In this document: one piece after another, positions 9,346-16,451 of the stretch
Numbering within the stretch: the stretch's first letter is position 1
Layout: every line of letters starts with the position of its first letter
NCBI GenBank assembly: GCA_016432445.1
Contig: CP066689.1
Location: forward strand, 180,001 to 212,000
DNA: 32,000 bases
Reading direction: 5' to 3'
DNA from: Candidatus Saccharimonadota bacterium
GTDB lineage: Bacteria; Patescibacteriota; Microgenomatia; UBA1406; GWC2-37-13
Translations under genes and position numbers: made by a program
The notes under the pieces: model-generated
Database searches by the model: none
The model's input: the letters and a program-made list of their open reading frames with translations, nothing else
Told to the model about the DNA's origin: nothing

Positions 9346-9439
9346 GCTTATTTAATAAAATTAATTGCTTTTGAAACTTTGTGTTTATTCATAGCAAGTC
9401 CTGAATTTGCTTGAATAATACTTTTATTTTTAAATAGTG

Positions 9440-10318
9440 TCAAGAGAAATAGGTTTTTTGCCAGTGAGGATCGGTTTCAACAAGCAAATCAAGGAAAACT
9501 TTCTTTTTAGTAGCCAGTTCTATTTCTTTTCGAGCCATGCTGCCCATTTCTTTAATTTTTCTGCCGCCTTCTCCAATAAGCATTTTTTTGTAGCGGTCTT
9601 CTGTCGTTAAAATCCGTGCTTTTATATAAAGCATCCCATTTTTTCTTTCATTGATGCGATCAACGATTACAGTGGTGGTGTAAGGTACTTCTTTACCTGT
9701 TTTGAGAAAGATTTTTTCACGGATAAGTTCAGATATGAAAATCTTACTGTCTTGGTTTAAAAGAGGATAAACACGATTTTCGTCCATAAGACGATCGGCC
9801 TTTGGCCGACTTTCTTTAAGATATGAAAATATTTTATCAAGGAGCGGTTTAATATGCATATTCTTTAAAGCCGAGATTGCAAAGACTTCCTTAAACTCAT
9901 CTTCTAAAAATTTGTATTGGGGCAAATAAGATTTTTCTTCAAGATCGGTCTTATTGATTACCAGTATTTTTTTGGGTTTATTGATTTTTCTGACAATACC
10001 CAATACTTTTCCTTCTTCATAATCTCTTTTACGGGTTGGATCAATCATATACAAGACAACATCAACGCCTTCGTTTATCGCTTGAAGAGTTTGCTGATTA
10101 GTCCGCTTTGAGAGCGGACTTGAAGCTTTGTCTAGAAATCCAGGAGTATCAACAAAGATTATTTTTCCCCGTTCATCCTCATACAAAGCTTTAATGGGAA
10201 AACGTGTTGTTTGCGGTTTAGGGGAGGTGATAGCCACTTTTTGTCCTATAACATTATTTACAAAAGTTGATTTCCCTACATTTGGACGGCCAATTATAAG
10301 TACAGTTCCTTCTTTCAT
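9440..10318 (-). CDS. era: GTPase Era
   Basis: G1 GRPNVGKST, ITSPKPQTTR, G3 DTPG, G4 NKTD, and a C-terminal KH domain (ELIREKIF...EVPYTTTV). Carries copy 3 of the 33-nt element, read in a different frame (SRPKADRLMDE). Confidence 0.95.
   Translation of the reverse strand: MKEGTVLIIGRPNVGKSTFVNNVIGQKVAITSPKPQTTRFPIKALYEDERGKIIFVDTPGFLDKASSPLSKRTNQQTLQAINEGVDVVLYMIDPTRKRDYEEGKVLGIVRKINKPKKILVINKTDLEEKSYLPQYKFLEDEFKEVFAISALKNMHIKPLLDKIFSYLKESRPKADRLMDENRVYPLLNQDSKIFISELIREKIFLKTGKEVPYTTTVIVDRINERKNGMLYIKARILTTEDRYKKMLIGEGGRKIKEMGSMARKEIELATKKKVFLDLLVETDPHWQKTYFS
9781..9813. repeat. 33-nt GC-rich hairpin element, copy 3 (inside era)
   Basis: CGTCCATAAGACGATCGGCCTTTGGCCGACTTT, same orientation as copies 1 and 2. 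Confidence 0.9.
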
Positions 10319-10322
10319 AATA

Positions 10323-10336
10323 TATAATACATTATA
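10323..10336. promoter_or_regulatory. Back-to-back -10 boxes in the 20-nt era / sigma-factor intergenic gap
   Basis: Plus-strand TATAAT at 10323-10328 is 10 nt before the ATG at 10339. Minus-strand TATAAT (complement of 10331-10336) is 12 nt before the era ATG at 10318. No SD on either side. Confidence 0.4.
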
Positions 10337-10338
10337 CC

Positions 10339-10866
10339 ATGGAAGAGCTTCCTGATAAGGAGATCGTTATCCGGATCAAAAGAGGAGAAATAGAGTATTT
10401 TTCGCACATCGTCAACCGTTACACTTCTATAATCCTCAATTACATAAACAGTAAGTTGTTTGATAAAACTGAAGTTGATGATATTGTGCAAAATATTTTT
10501 TTAAAGTTTTATAAAGCTATTGATGGTTTTGATGAATCAAGACCGGTTTTGCCTTATATATTTGAGATTGCCAAAAATGAGATGAAGATGTATTTTAGAT
10601 CGAGAAAAAAAACAGTGCAGCTTGATGAAAGAATTGCAGTTGCTGATCAAAAAGACTTTCCCGTTGAAGAAGATAACATTGATGAATTGTTACAGTTTGT
10701 CAATGAAGATCAAAGAAAAGCTTTAAAATTATTATTGGATGGTTACTCTTATAAAGAGATTTCCAAAGAAATAAACAAACCTTTAAATACGATTCGTACT
10801 TTAATTAGGCGGGCAAGATTAAAAATTTCCGCCAGCCAGCGGATGAAAAAATATGAAAAAACTTGA
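10339..10866 (+). CDS. RNA polymerase sigma factor, ECF (sigma-70 group 4) family
   Basis: Region 2 DIVQNIFLKFYKAIDGFD and region 4 HTH LLLDGYSYKEISKEINKPLNTIRTLIRRARLKI. Confidence 0.85.
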   Translation: MEELPDKEIVIRIKRGEIEYFSHIVNRYTSIILNYINSKLFDKTEVDDIVQNIFLKFYKAIDGFDESRPVLPYIFEIAKNEMKMYFRSRKKTVQLDERIAVADQKDFPVEEDNIDELLQFVNEDQRKALKLLLDGYSYKEISKEINKPLNTIRTLIRRARLKISASQRMKKYEKT

Positions 10867-11236
10867 AAAACAAATAATTAGAAAAGTTTATGTTTTTGAG
10901 ACTAAAAAATTTATTTTTGAATTATTTTCAAGAGTAATTATAGTTGCCGGGGCTGTTTCTGTTGGCTTATTTTTTGGACAGCTATTATTTACTCAGTTTA
11001 ATGAACAGCAAACACTTGATGTCTTGCAGATTTTAAATGAAGATATTCAAATTATTAAAGAATATTGGACTGATGTGATATCTGTTTTATTTGAAGAAAC
11101 TCCAAAAGATATTTTATTAATAATAATCCTATCTTTTGTTTTATTTGCTCTGGCTATATTGACTTTGATTAAAAATTTTGAGAAAATTAAGGCTAAATTT
11201 ATATCTCTTTCTAAATTTTGGTGGCACCGAGCTTAG
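10853..11236 (+). CDS. Two-TM membrane protein, possible anti-sigma factor (position only)
   Basis: Overlaps the sigma gene by 14 nt. Two hydrophobic helices. No HxxxCxxC zinc anti-sigma motif, so the function is positional inference only. Confidence 0.4.
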   Translation: MKKLEKQIIRKVYVFETKKFIFELFSRVIIVAGAVSVGLFFGQLLFTQFNEQQTLDVLQILNEDIQIIKEYWTDVISVLFEETPKDILLIIILSFVLFALAILTLIKNFEKIKAKFISLSKFWWHRA

Positions 11237-11271
11237 CTTTGGCATCGTTAAAATTTATTCTTTCTGTCTTT

Positions 11272-11715
11272 ATGAAAAAATCAACTAAGATATTTTTAAT
11301 CCTGCTTCTTGCGGTTATAGGAATAATAGCTTTTACTAAAAACAACAACCCTTCGTCAATTAAACTTCAAGATAAAATTCAACAGCAAAATGAAACTCCA
11401 AAAATTGAGAAGCCTGCTTCAAGCACGCAGTCAGCAGAGAATATTGGTAAAGATGAGATAAATCTTAATATTAATTCTCCGGCAAATAACATAGTGACAA
11501 ATCAGCCTTCAGTTGCAGTTGAGGGCACAACAATTCCTAAAGCTTTTGTTTTTGTCAATGAGCAGGAGCTTAGAGCTGATGATTTAGGAAACTTTTCAAC
11601 GACGGTAAATCTTGATGAAGGTGATAATTTCATTGTGGTTGTTGCCAGTGATGAAGGGGGAAACAATAGTGAAAAGGAATTAATAGTAACCTATGATCCA
11701 GGTGAAACGCAATAA
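11272..11715 (+). CDS. Secreted/anchored protein with an Ig-like beta domain
   Basis: ORF 11218..11715. The likely start is MKKSTKIFLILLLAVIGIIAF (ATG 11272). The C-terminal part VAVEGTTIPKAFVFVNEQE...DEGDNFIVVVASDEGGN looks like a bacterial Ig-like fold. Confidence 0.55.
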   Translation: MKKSTKIFLILLLAVIGIIAFTKNNNPSSIKLQDKIQQQNETPKIEKPASSTQSAENIGKDEINLNINSPANNIVTNQPSVAVEGTTIPKAFVFVNEQELRADDLGNFSTTVNLDEGDNFIVVVASDEGGNNSEKELIVTYDPGETQ

Positions 11716-11779
11716 GGTGAAACTTTTTTAATATTTACGGCATATATATAGATGTAAGTTATTAATTACATAAAAACTA

Positions 11780-12529
11780 ATGAATAAACATATCCTTGTT
11801 TTGACACTATTAACTGCAGTAATTTTTGCTCCATTATCAGTTTTGGCTGATAAACCGACGGAAAAGATATCTGAAATTAAAAAAGCGATAAAGGAAGAAA
11901 GAAAAGAATTAAAGCAAAGTATAAAAGAAGAAAAAAAAGGATTGATAGAAGAGACAAAAAATTTCATCAAAAATTTAACTATTGTTAAGAATAAAAATGC
12001 AAAGATACTTCAAGGAGAAGTGACAGCCATAACTGATTCTTCATTAACAGTTTCAAAAGATGGAAAAAGTTACACTGTGAATACTGATTCCAAAACACAG
12101 TTTAGACGCCATTTCTGGGGAAAATCATCTTTGGCAGAGATATCAATAGGAGATAATGTTAATGTTTTAGGAAAATTTACAGATGAGGCTAAAACTACCA
12201 TCTTGGCTAAAATGATTAGAGATACTTCAATCCAAAAAAGAAAAGGTGTATTCTTTGGAACCGTGACGTCCAAAACCGATACGACTTTGGTAATTGATAC
12301 CAAAAGAGGAGTAGAGACAGTTACTATTGACGGAGCTACAAAGATTGTTGCTAGAGATGAGAAGACAATGACGGCGACTGCAATAAATGTCGGTGACAGA
12401 GTTCGAGTCAAAGGACTTTGGGATAAAACCTTAAATACAATAAGTGATGTAACTCAGGTTAAAGACTTTACTCAACCGGTCACGCCATCAGTCTCGCCAT
12501 CGGTTTCACCGACACCATCGGCACTATAA
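11780..12529 (+). CDS. Secreted protein with two DUF5666-like beta domains and a PS-rich tail
   Basis: Signal peptide MNKHILVLTLLTAVIFAPLSVLA. Repeated modules GEVTAITDSSLTVSKDGKSYTVNTDSKTQF and GTVTSKTDTTLVIDTKRGVETVTIDGATKI. Family name is from memory. Confidence 0.6.
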   Translation: MNKHILVLTLLTAVIFAPLSVLADKPTEKISEIKKAIKEERKELKQSIKEEKKGLIEETKNFIKNLTIVKNKNAKILQGEVTAITDSSLTVSKDGKSYTVNTDSKTQFRRHFWGKSSLAEISIGDNVNVLGKFTDEAKTTILAKMIRDTSIQKRKGVFFGTVTSKTDTTLVIDTKRGVETVTIDGATKIVARDEKTMTATAINVGDRVRVKGLWDKTLNTISDVTQVKDFTQPVTPSVSPSVSPTPSAL

Positions 12530-12547
12530 CTTTTAAAAGGCAAGTAC

Positions 12548-12576
12548 AAAAAGGCGGTTAAAAGCCGCCTTTTTTG
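12548..12576 (+). terminator. Rho-independent terminator
   Basis: AAAAAGGCGG-TTAAAAG-CCGCCTTTTT followed by T, 19 nt after the stop at 12529. Confidence 0.8.
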
Positions 12577-12707
12577 ATGGTATTTCATGATGCTTTATTT
12601 ACTAGGCTTTAGTGACAGTACTTCGATTCAAAAAAACACAAGATTGTTGTTTTTAATCCATCGACTTGTGTTGATTGGCAAATTATCATATATCAGATTG
12701 TTTCAAG

Positions 12708-13402
12708 ATGAAAACTGCATTAAGAGAGGAAGCGATAAAATTAAGGAAAACGGGTTTATCTTATTCTGAAATACAAGCAAAAGTACCAGTCGCTAGATCT
12801 ACTTTATCTCTCTGGCTGCGTTCAGAAGGGCTTTCAATAAGACAAAAACAAAGATTGACGGAGAAGAAATTAATGTCGATTCGGCGTGGATGGGAAGCTT
12901 GGAAGAGGCAGCGAATTGATAGGGTAAATTTGATTAAAGATGAAGCCAGAAAAGAAATAAGAAAGATAAATATAAAAAATGAGCATCTACTATTAATGGG
13001 GACAATGCTTTACTGGGCTGAAGGAGCGAAAGAAAAAAATATAAACCTGGGCAAGGTGTATGTTTCAGCAATCAAGATCCTTTCATGATTAAATTATTTT
13101 TACTATGGTTAAACAGAATATTTAAAGTTAAAGAAGAATTAATAAAGTTTGAGATCTGTATTCATGATACTCATAAAGGGAATACATTAAAAGTAAAAAA
13201 ATATTGGTCTGAAATTACAGGGTTTTCTGCGTCTAAATTTGATAAAATATACTTTAAGAAACATAAAATAAACACGAACAGACGGAATCGTGGAGATAAT
13301 TACTTTGGATTATTAAGAGTGCTTGTATGTAAAAGTTCTAGTCTTAATAGAAAAATAGCTGGTTGGATAGAAGGTATTTGTGAAATATGCGGGATCGTCT
13401 AA
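12708..13402 (+). pseudogene. HTH + single-LAGLIDADG-like (homing-endonuclease-related) gene split by a frameshift at an A7 tract
   Basis: ORFs 12675..13088 and 13085..13402 form one gene. Frame A ends ...LLMGTMLYWAEGAKEKNINLG. From 13022 the other frame reads ...KKYKPGQGVCFSNQDPFMIKLFLLWL, the expected continuation after a LAGLIDADG-type helix. The switch point is GAAAAAAAT (A run 13033-13039). N-terminal HTH is GLSYSEIQAKVPVARSTLSLWLR. The family call is tentative. Confidence 0.5.
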
Positions 13403-13458
13403 TGGTAGGACAATAGCCTTTGAAGCTATGTATCTTGGTCCGAATCCAAGTCCCGCAA
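13388..13458 (+). tRNA. tRNA-Gln (anticodon UUG)
   Basis: Hand-folded cloverleaf, 71 nt. Acceptor TGCGGGA/TCCCGCA; D arm GTCT-AATGGTA-GGAC; anticodon arm ATAGC-CTTTGAA-GCTAT; variable GTAT; T arm CTTGG-TCCGAAT-CCAAG; discriminator A. U1-A72 as in bacterial tRNA-Gln. No encoded CCA. Confidence 0.85.
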
Positions 13459-13490
13459 CAAATTAAAAAAATCAAAACAAACACCTTTGC

Positions 13491-13775
13491 AACAATCTAT
13501 CTCACTTCGGAGGTGTAAAACTTGTAAAATATTCTTATGTATTACTTCTATATTCTCTGTTGTTTTGATTACTCTCTTTATTGCGGACGAACAAATAATC
13601 TTGAAAAAAGAATTAAGGAACATAATTTCAGTTCTTCTAAATCGGCAAAATACACTAAATCCCGTAGACCAGTAGAACTTGTTTATTTTGAAAAATATAA
13701 AACTATCCAACTAGCCATGAAAAGGGAGTTTGAGGTTAAAAAATGACAAAAGGCAAAAAAAGAGACATTAGTAAA
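13491..13775 (+). repeat. GIY-YIG module copy A (conserved leader + gene)
   Basis: The first 26 nt, AACAATCTATCTCACTTCGGAGGTGT, are identical to 15521-15546. The rest aligns with copy B with substitutions. Confidence 0.85.
13537..13746 (+). CDS. GIY-YIG nuclease superfamily protein (small YhbQ/UPF0213-like), C-terminally shortened
   Basis: [30 protein letters not shown]...AKYT: GIY-YIG-type YxxYxL...YxG.T.NL..R...H. Ends at TGA where paralog B has TGG (Trp). Paralog B's downstream sequence continues in frame here (QKAKKETLVKD). Confidence 0.75.
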   Translation: MYYFYILCCFDYSLYCGRTNNLEKRIKEHNFSSSKSAKYTKSRRPVELVYFEKYKTIQLAMKREFEVKK

Positions 13776-13976
13776 AGATTCTGAAATCATTTTTAGAGCT
13801 CCGTAGTAAGATTTTCAACTCCAGAGGTTGATTTTATCTTTAAATTTTTTCATATACCCCATCTTTTACTAGTTTATGGTATCTCTACAAGTAGATGTAC
13901 CGTTTACAACTGATAGTTTTGTTACGGTACCTCTTCTCTTACAATCTTCTAAATATAGTTTGATATACTTCAGGGC

Positions 13977-14600
13977 ATGTATAAAAAGAGTTTATACAAA
14001 ACTAATCTTTTTCTCATATTTGGTGTTATTGCAATTGTTATTTCTTTAAGCGGATTATTGCTTCTTTTTTCTAATATTATAAAAGCCGAACTTAAATACC
14101 AGTTTAAAAAAATTAATTTATCCAACAAATCAAAAGAAAAACAGGTTTTATTACCAGTTAAACCTGTTGATAATAATTTTTCCGTGATCATTCCTAAAAT
14201 TGATATTAATGCTAAGGTAATACCTAATATAGATCCATTTAATAGTAAGGAATATTTAGATGCATTGTCAAAAGGTGTAGCTCATGCTAAAGGAACATCT
14301 TATCCCACTGAAGCAGGAAATACATTTATTTTTGCTCACTCAACTACAGCAAGTATTATTAATGTTAATCGTTATAATGCCATTTTTTTCCTTTTGGATA
14401 AAATAGAAAAAGAAGATATGATCTATGTTGTTTATAAAGGAAAAAGTTATCAATATAAAGTTTATAATAAGGTAATTGTTGATCCTAATAGAGTTGATTT
14501 TCTTACTCAAAAAAGTAAAAGACAAACTTTAACCTTAATGACTTGCTGGCCTTTTGGGACTACTTTAAAAAGACTCCTCGTTTTTGCTGAGAAAAATTAA
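13977..14600 (+). CDS. Sortase family transpeptidase
   Basis: N-terminal TM, catalytic His context FIFAHS, TLxTC motif LTLMTCWPFG, and conserved Arg in LKRLLVFAEK. Confidence 0.85.
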   Translation: MYKKSLYKTNLFLIFGVIAIVISLSGLLLLFSNIIKAELKYQFKKINLSNKSKEKQVLLPVKPVDNNFSVIIPKIDINAKVIPNIDPFNSKEYLDALSKGVAHAKGTSYPTEAGNTFIFAHSTTASIINVNRYNAIFFLLDKIEKEDMIYVVYKGKSYQYKVYNKVIVDPNRVDFLTQKSKRQTLTLMTCWPFGTTLKRLLVFAEKN

Positions 14601-14683
14601 TTTCTTACCTGATTATTGTTGTACTATTACTGAATTTTTATAAAAGAATTTTATTATTTGTTCATTATTAATATTTTTAAAAT

Positions 14684-15490
14684 ATGAAAAAATCAATCCT
14701 TGATCCCAATCAATTTTTTTTGCCCGTGATTCTTATTCTTAGTTTTTTATTACTTACTTTAACAACTCGACAAAGTACTTATGCTGCAGCTGGCGGATGT
14801 GAAGATGCCCAAGCTCAAAGTATTACTGGGGATGATAACAGTGCCAGTTTTGATGCTCCAGCAGGTCAAACTATAACGAAAGTTTGTATCAAAGCTTCAA
14901 CAGAACATTTTATTTTCACCACCAACACAAGTGATGGATGTTATACAGTTACTGGAATTGGTACTGGCAGTGTTACTGCCACCCGAACAGGATCAGCCAA
15001 CCCAAGCTGTCAGGCAATAAGTCATATAGATGTATATTATAGTGCGGTTACAGTTACACCCACGGAAACTATCACTCCAACTGAAACTTTAACGCCAACA
15101 GCAACGCCAACTGTTATACCGACAATACCTACAGTTATACCAACTGAGACTACTGTACCAACGGCAACACCAACAGCTAGTTCAACAGCAACACCTAACC
15201 CTACATCAACCCCTGGTCCAACAGCAACACCTGGCCCTACATCAACTCCTACTTCAGCTGTGGCTGCTGCAGCTATAACTGCAACACCTACACCAACTCT
15301 AATACCTCAAGTCGCCGGTGCTCAAATAACTCCCAAAGTAGCAGGCGCTTCTGCTGTGAGAGGAAAGTTACCAGAAACTGGAGCAGAAACTTATTGGTTA
15401 ATTGCTTTAGTTACACTGTTTATGTCAGGTGTGATATCGACATTTGTTGGGATAAATAGATATGGTAAATTTATCCAAGTCCAGCAATAA
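14684..15490 (+). CDS. Sortase substrate: secreted 4-Cys domain + Thr/Pro-rich stalk + LPETG sorting signal
   Basis: Signal peptide. The C-terminus KLPETGAETYWLIALVTLFMSGVISTFVGINRYGKF is LPXTG + hydrophobic helix + basic tail. Confidence 0.85.
   Translation: MKKSILDPNQFFLPVILILSFLLLTLTTRQSTYAAAGGCEDAQAQSITGDDNSASFDAPAGQTITKVCIKASTEHFIFTTNTSDGCYTVTGIGTGSVTATRTGSANPSCQAISHIDVYYSAVTVTPTETITPTETLTPTATPTVIPTIPTVIPTETTVPTATPTASSTATPNPTSTPGPTATPGPTSTPTSAVAAAAITATPTPTLIPQVAGAQITPKVAGASAVRGKLPETGAETYWLIALVTLFMSGVISTFVGINRYGKFIQVQQ
15053..15300 (+). repeat. Imperfect tandem coding repeats (TPTET / ATPGPTSTP units)
   Basis: Repeated ACNCCNAC-type codon runs. Includes two near-identical ~36-nt units, ACAGCAACACCT(A/G)(A/G)CCCTACATCAAC. 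Confidence 0.7.
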
Positions 15491-15520
15491 ACCCAAAAAA
15501 ATTTAAATTCTAAACTTCAT

Positions 15521-15810
15521 AACAATCTATCTCACTTCGGAGGTGTGAAAATGTGTAAAATATTATTATGTATTACTTCTATATTGTCCGTTGTTCTGAT
15601 AATTCCCTCTATTGCGGGCAGACTAAGAATCTTGAAAGGCGGATAAAAGAACATAATTCTTCATCTTCAAAAGGAGCAAAATATACTCGAGCAAAACAAC
15701 CAGTGACTTTAGTTCATTCTGAAGAATATTCAACTATTCAACTGGCTATTAAAAGGGAATGTGAGGTAAAAAAATGGCCAAAGGTAAAAAAAGAAGCTTT
15801 AATAGAAAAA
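15521..15810 (+). repeat. GIY-YIG module copy B (conserved leader + gene)
   Basis: See copy A. The two copies lie 2030 bp apart as direct repeats around the sortase/LPETG pair. Confidence 0.85.
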
Positions 15811-15834
15811 AATATTGACTTATTAAATAGTTGA
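15568..15834 (+). CDS. GIY-YIG nuclease superfamily protein (small YhbQ/UPF0213-like), full length
   Basis: MYYFYIVRCSDNSLYCGQTKNLERRIKEHN...GAKYTRAKQPVTLVHSEEY...KRECEVKKWPKVKKEALI. Confidence 0.8.
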   Translation: MYYFYIVRCSDNSLYCGQTKNLERRIKEHNSSSSKGAKYTRAKQPVTLVHSEEYSTIQLAIKRECEVKKWPKVKKEALIEKNIDLLNS

Positions 15835-15932
15835 GATAACTGATTAAAATTTGGATGTTTGATCCCAACTCCCATACAGCAGCTATTAATGTTTTAAGTC
15901 CTTTGATTGGTCGAAATACAAGGTAAAAATTT

Positions 15933-16301
15933 ATGGATTATAAAGGAGTAATAATTGAAGAAAGCTTGGCTGACAAATCTGTGCTTCGGGATGTAAAAAT
16001 TATAAGCACGAAGGTTGAGACGGTGACTGAGAAACACAAAACTCCTTGGCTTAAACAATGGACACTTCATACAGTTGAGATACCAGATGAAAAAGCCGAA
16101 GAAATAGCTAATAAATTAAGTCAGTCTTTGGAACAAAATCATTGGTATGCCGATTATAAAAATGATTCTTATCATTATGTTGTTTATAAAGATAAAATTT
16201 TTAAGGTGGATTTGAAAAATCCCGTTTTATACAAAGATGCTAAAGCATATGGTATTTCTCTCGGGATACCTGTATATCAGGTGGATTTCACTGATTTATA
16301 A
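15933..16301 (+). CDS. Hypothetical cytoplasmic protein
   Basis: 122-aa ORF with balanced composition and no motif I recognise. Confidence 0.5.
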   Translation: MDYKGVIIEESLADKSVLRDVKIISTKVETVTEKHKTPWLKQWTLHTVEIPDEKAEEIANKLSQSLEQNHWYADYKNDSYHYVVYKDKIFKVDLKNPVLYKDAKAYGISLGIPVYQVDFTDL

Positions 16302-16304
16302 GTT

Positions 16305-16451
16305 TTAATATTTGAACTGTATTTGTAATGAAGCATTAAGAGCTTTTGCTAATCTCTTCAAAAAAGTCAAAGAAGGTACTGTTTTAGCATTTTCAACACG
16401 AGATATGACAGATTGTTTAGTATTGAGTTTTTCCGCTAATTTTTTTTGCAT
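16305..16451 (-). pseudogene. XRE-family HTH antitoxin remnant (N-terminal helix missing)
   Basis: My translation, below the ORF-track size cutoff: MQKKLAEKLNTKQSVISRVENAKTVPSLTFLKRLAKALNASLQIQFKY. It matches the C-terminal two thirds of HigA/XRE antitoxins (..LAeklg..qs.iSr.Eng...Psl.tl.k.a.aL...l.i.f). Confidence 0.55.

Noticed and set aside
9309-9439. Purine, ZTP or PRPP riboswitch in the spacer upstream of purF
   Set aside because: I looked for the conserved cores I remember: the guanine/adenine riboswitch three-way junction and the ZTP pfl motif with its GGGUCGUGAC-like and CCGCCUGGGC-like segments. I found nothing similar. Only a simple hairpin plus terminator are present.
9211-10355. 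ORFs 9211..9414, 9917..10111 and 10128..10355 on the plus strand
   Set aside because: The first spans the purF start and the terminator hairpin. The other two are antisense to era. None has coding-like features.
11728-12411. Minus-strand ORFs 11728..11970 and 12070..12411
   Set aside because: Both are antisense to the signal-peptide-bearing DUF5666-like gene. Their sequences are low-complexity mirror images of it.
13426-13710. ORFs 13426..13710 (minus) and 13487..13675 (plus, alternate frame), plus the 31-codon alternate-frame ORF with a good SD at 15551 in copy B
   Set aside because: They overlap the GIY-YIG reading frame, which has the clear family signature. The alternate frame is open in both copies, but the start codon is not conserved: copy A has CTT where copy B has ATG.
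13744-13746. TGA read as Trp or Gly (alternative genetic code), because TGA in GIY-YIG copy A aligns with TGG (Trp) in copy B
   Set aside because: TGA terminates well-delimited conserved genes here (era at 9440-9442, the ECF sigma factor at 10864-10866). No conserved gene in the window needs in-frame TGA read-through. A simple nonsense mutation in a redundant paralog explains it.
15053-15300. Tandem repeats that might be a CRISPR array or VNTR
   Set aside because: The units are contiguous, with no spacers, lie in frame inside the LPETG protein, and encode a Thr/Pro stalk. No CRISPR-like repeat-spacer periodicity occurs anywhere in the window.
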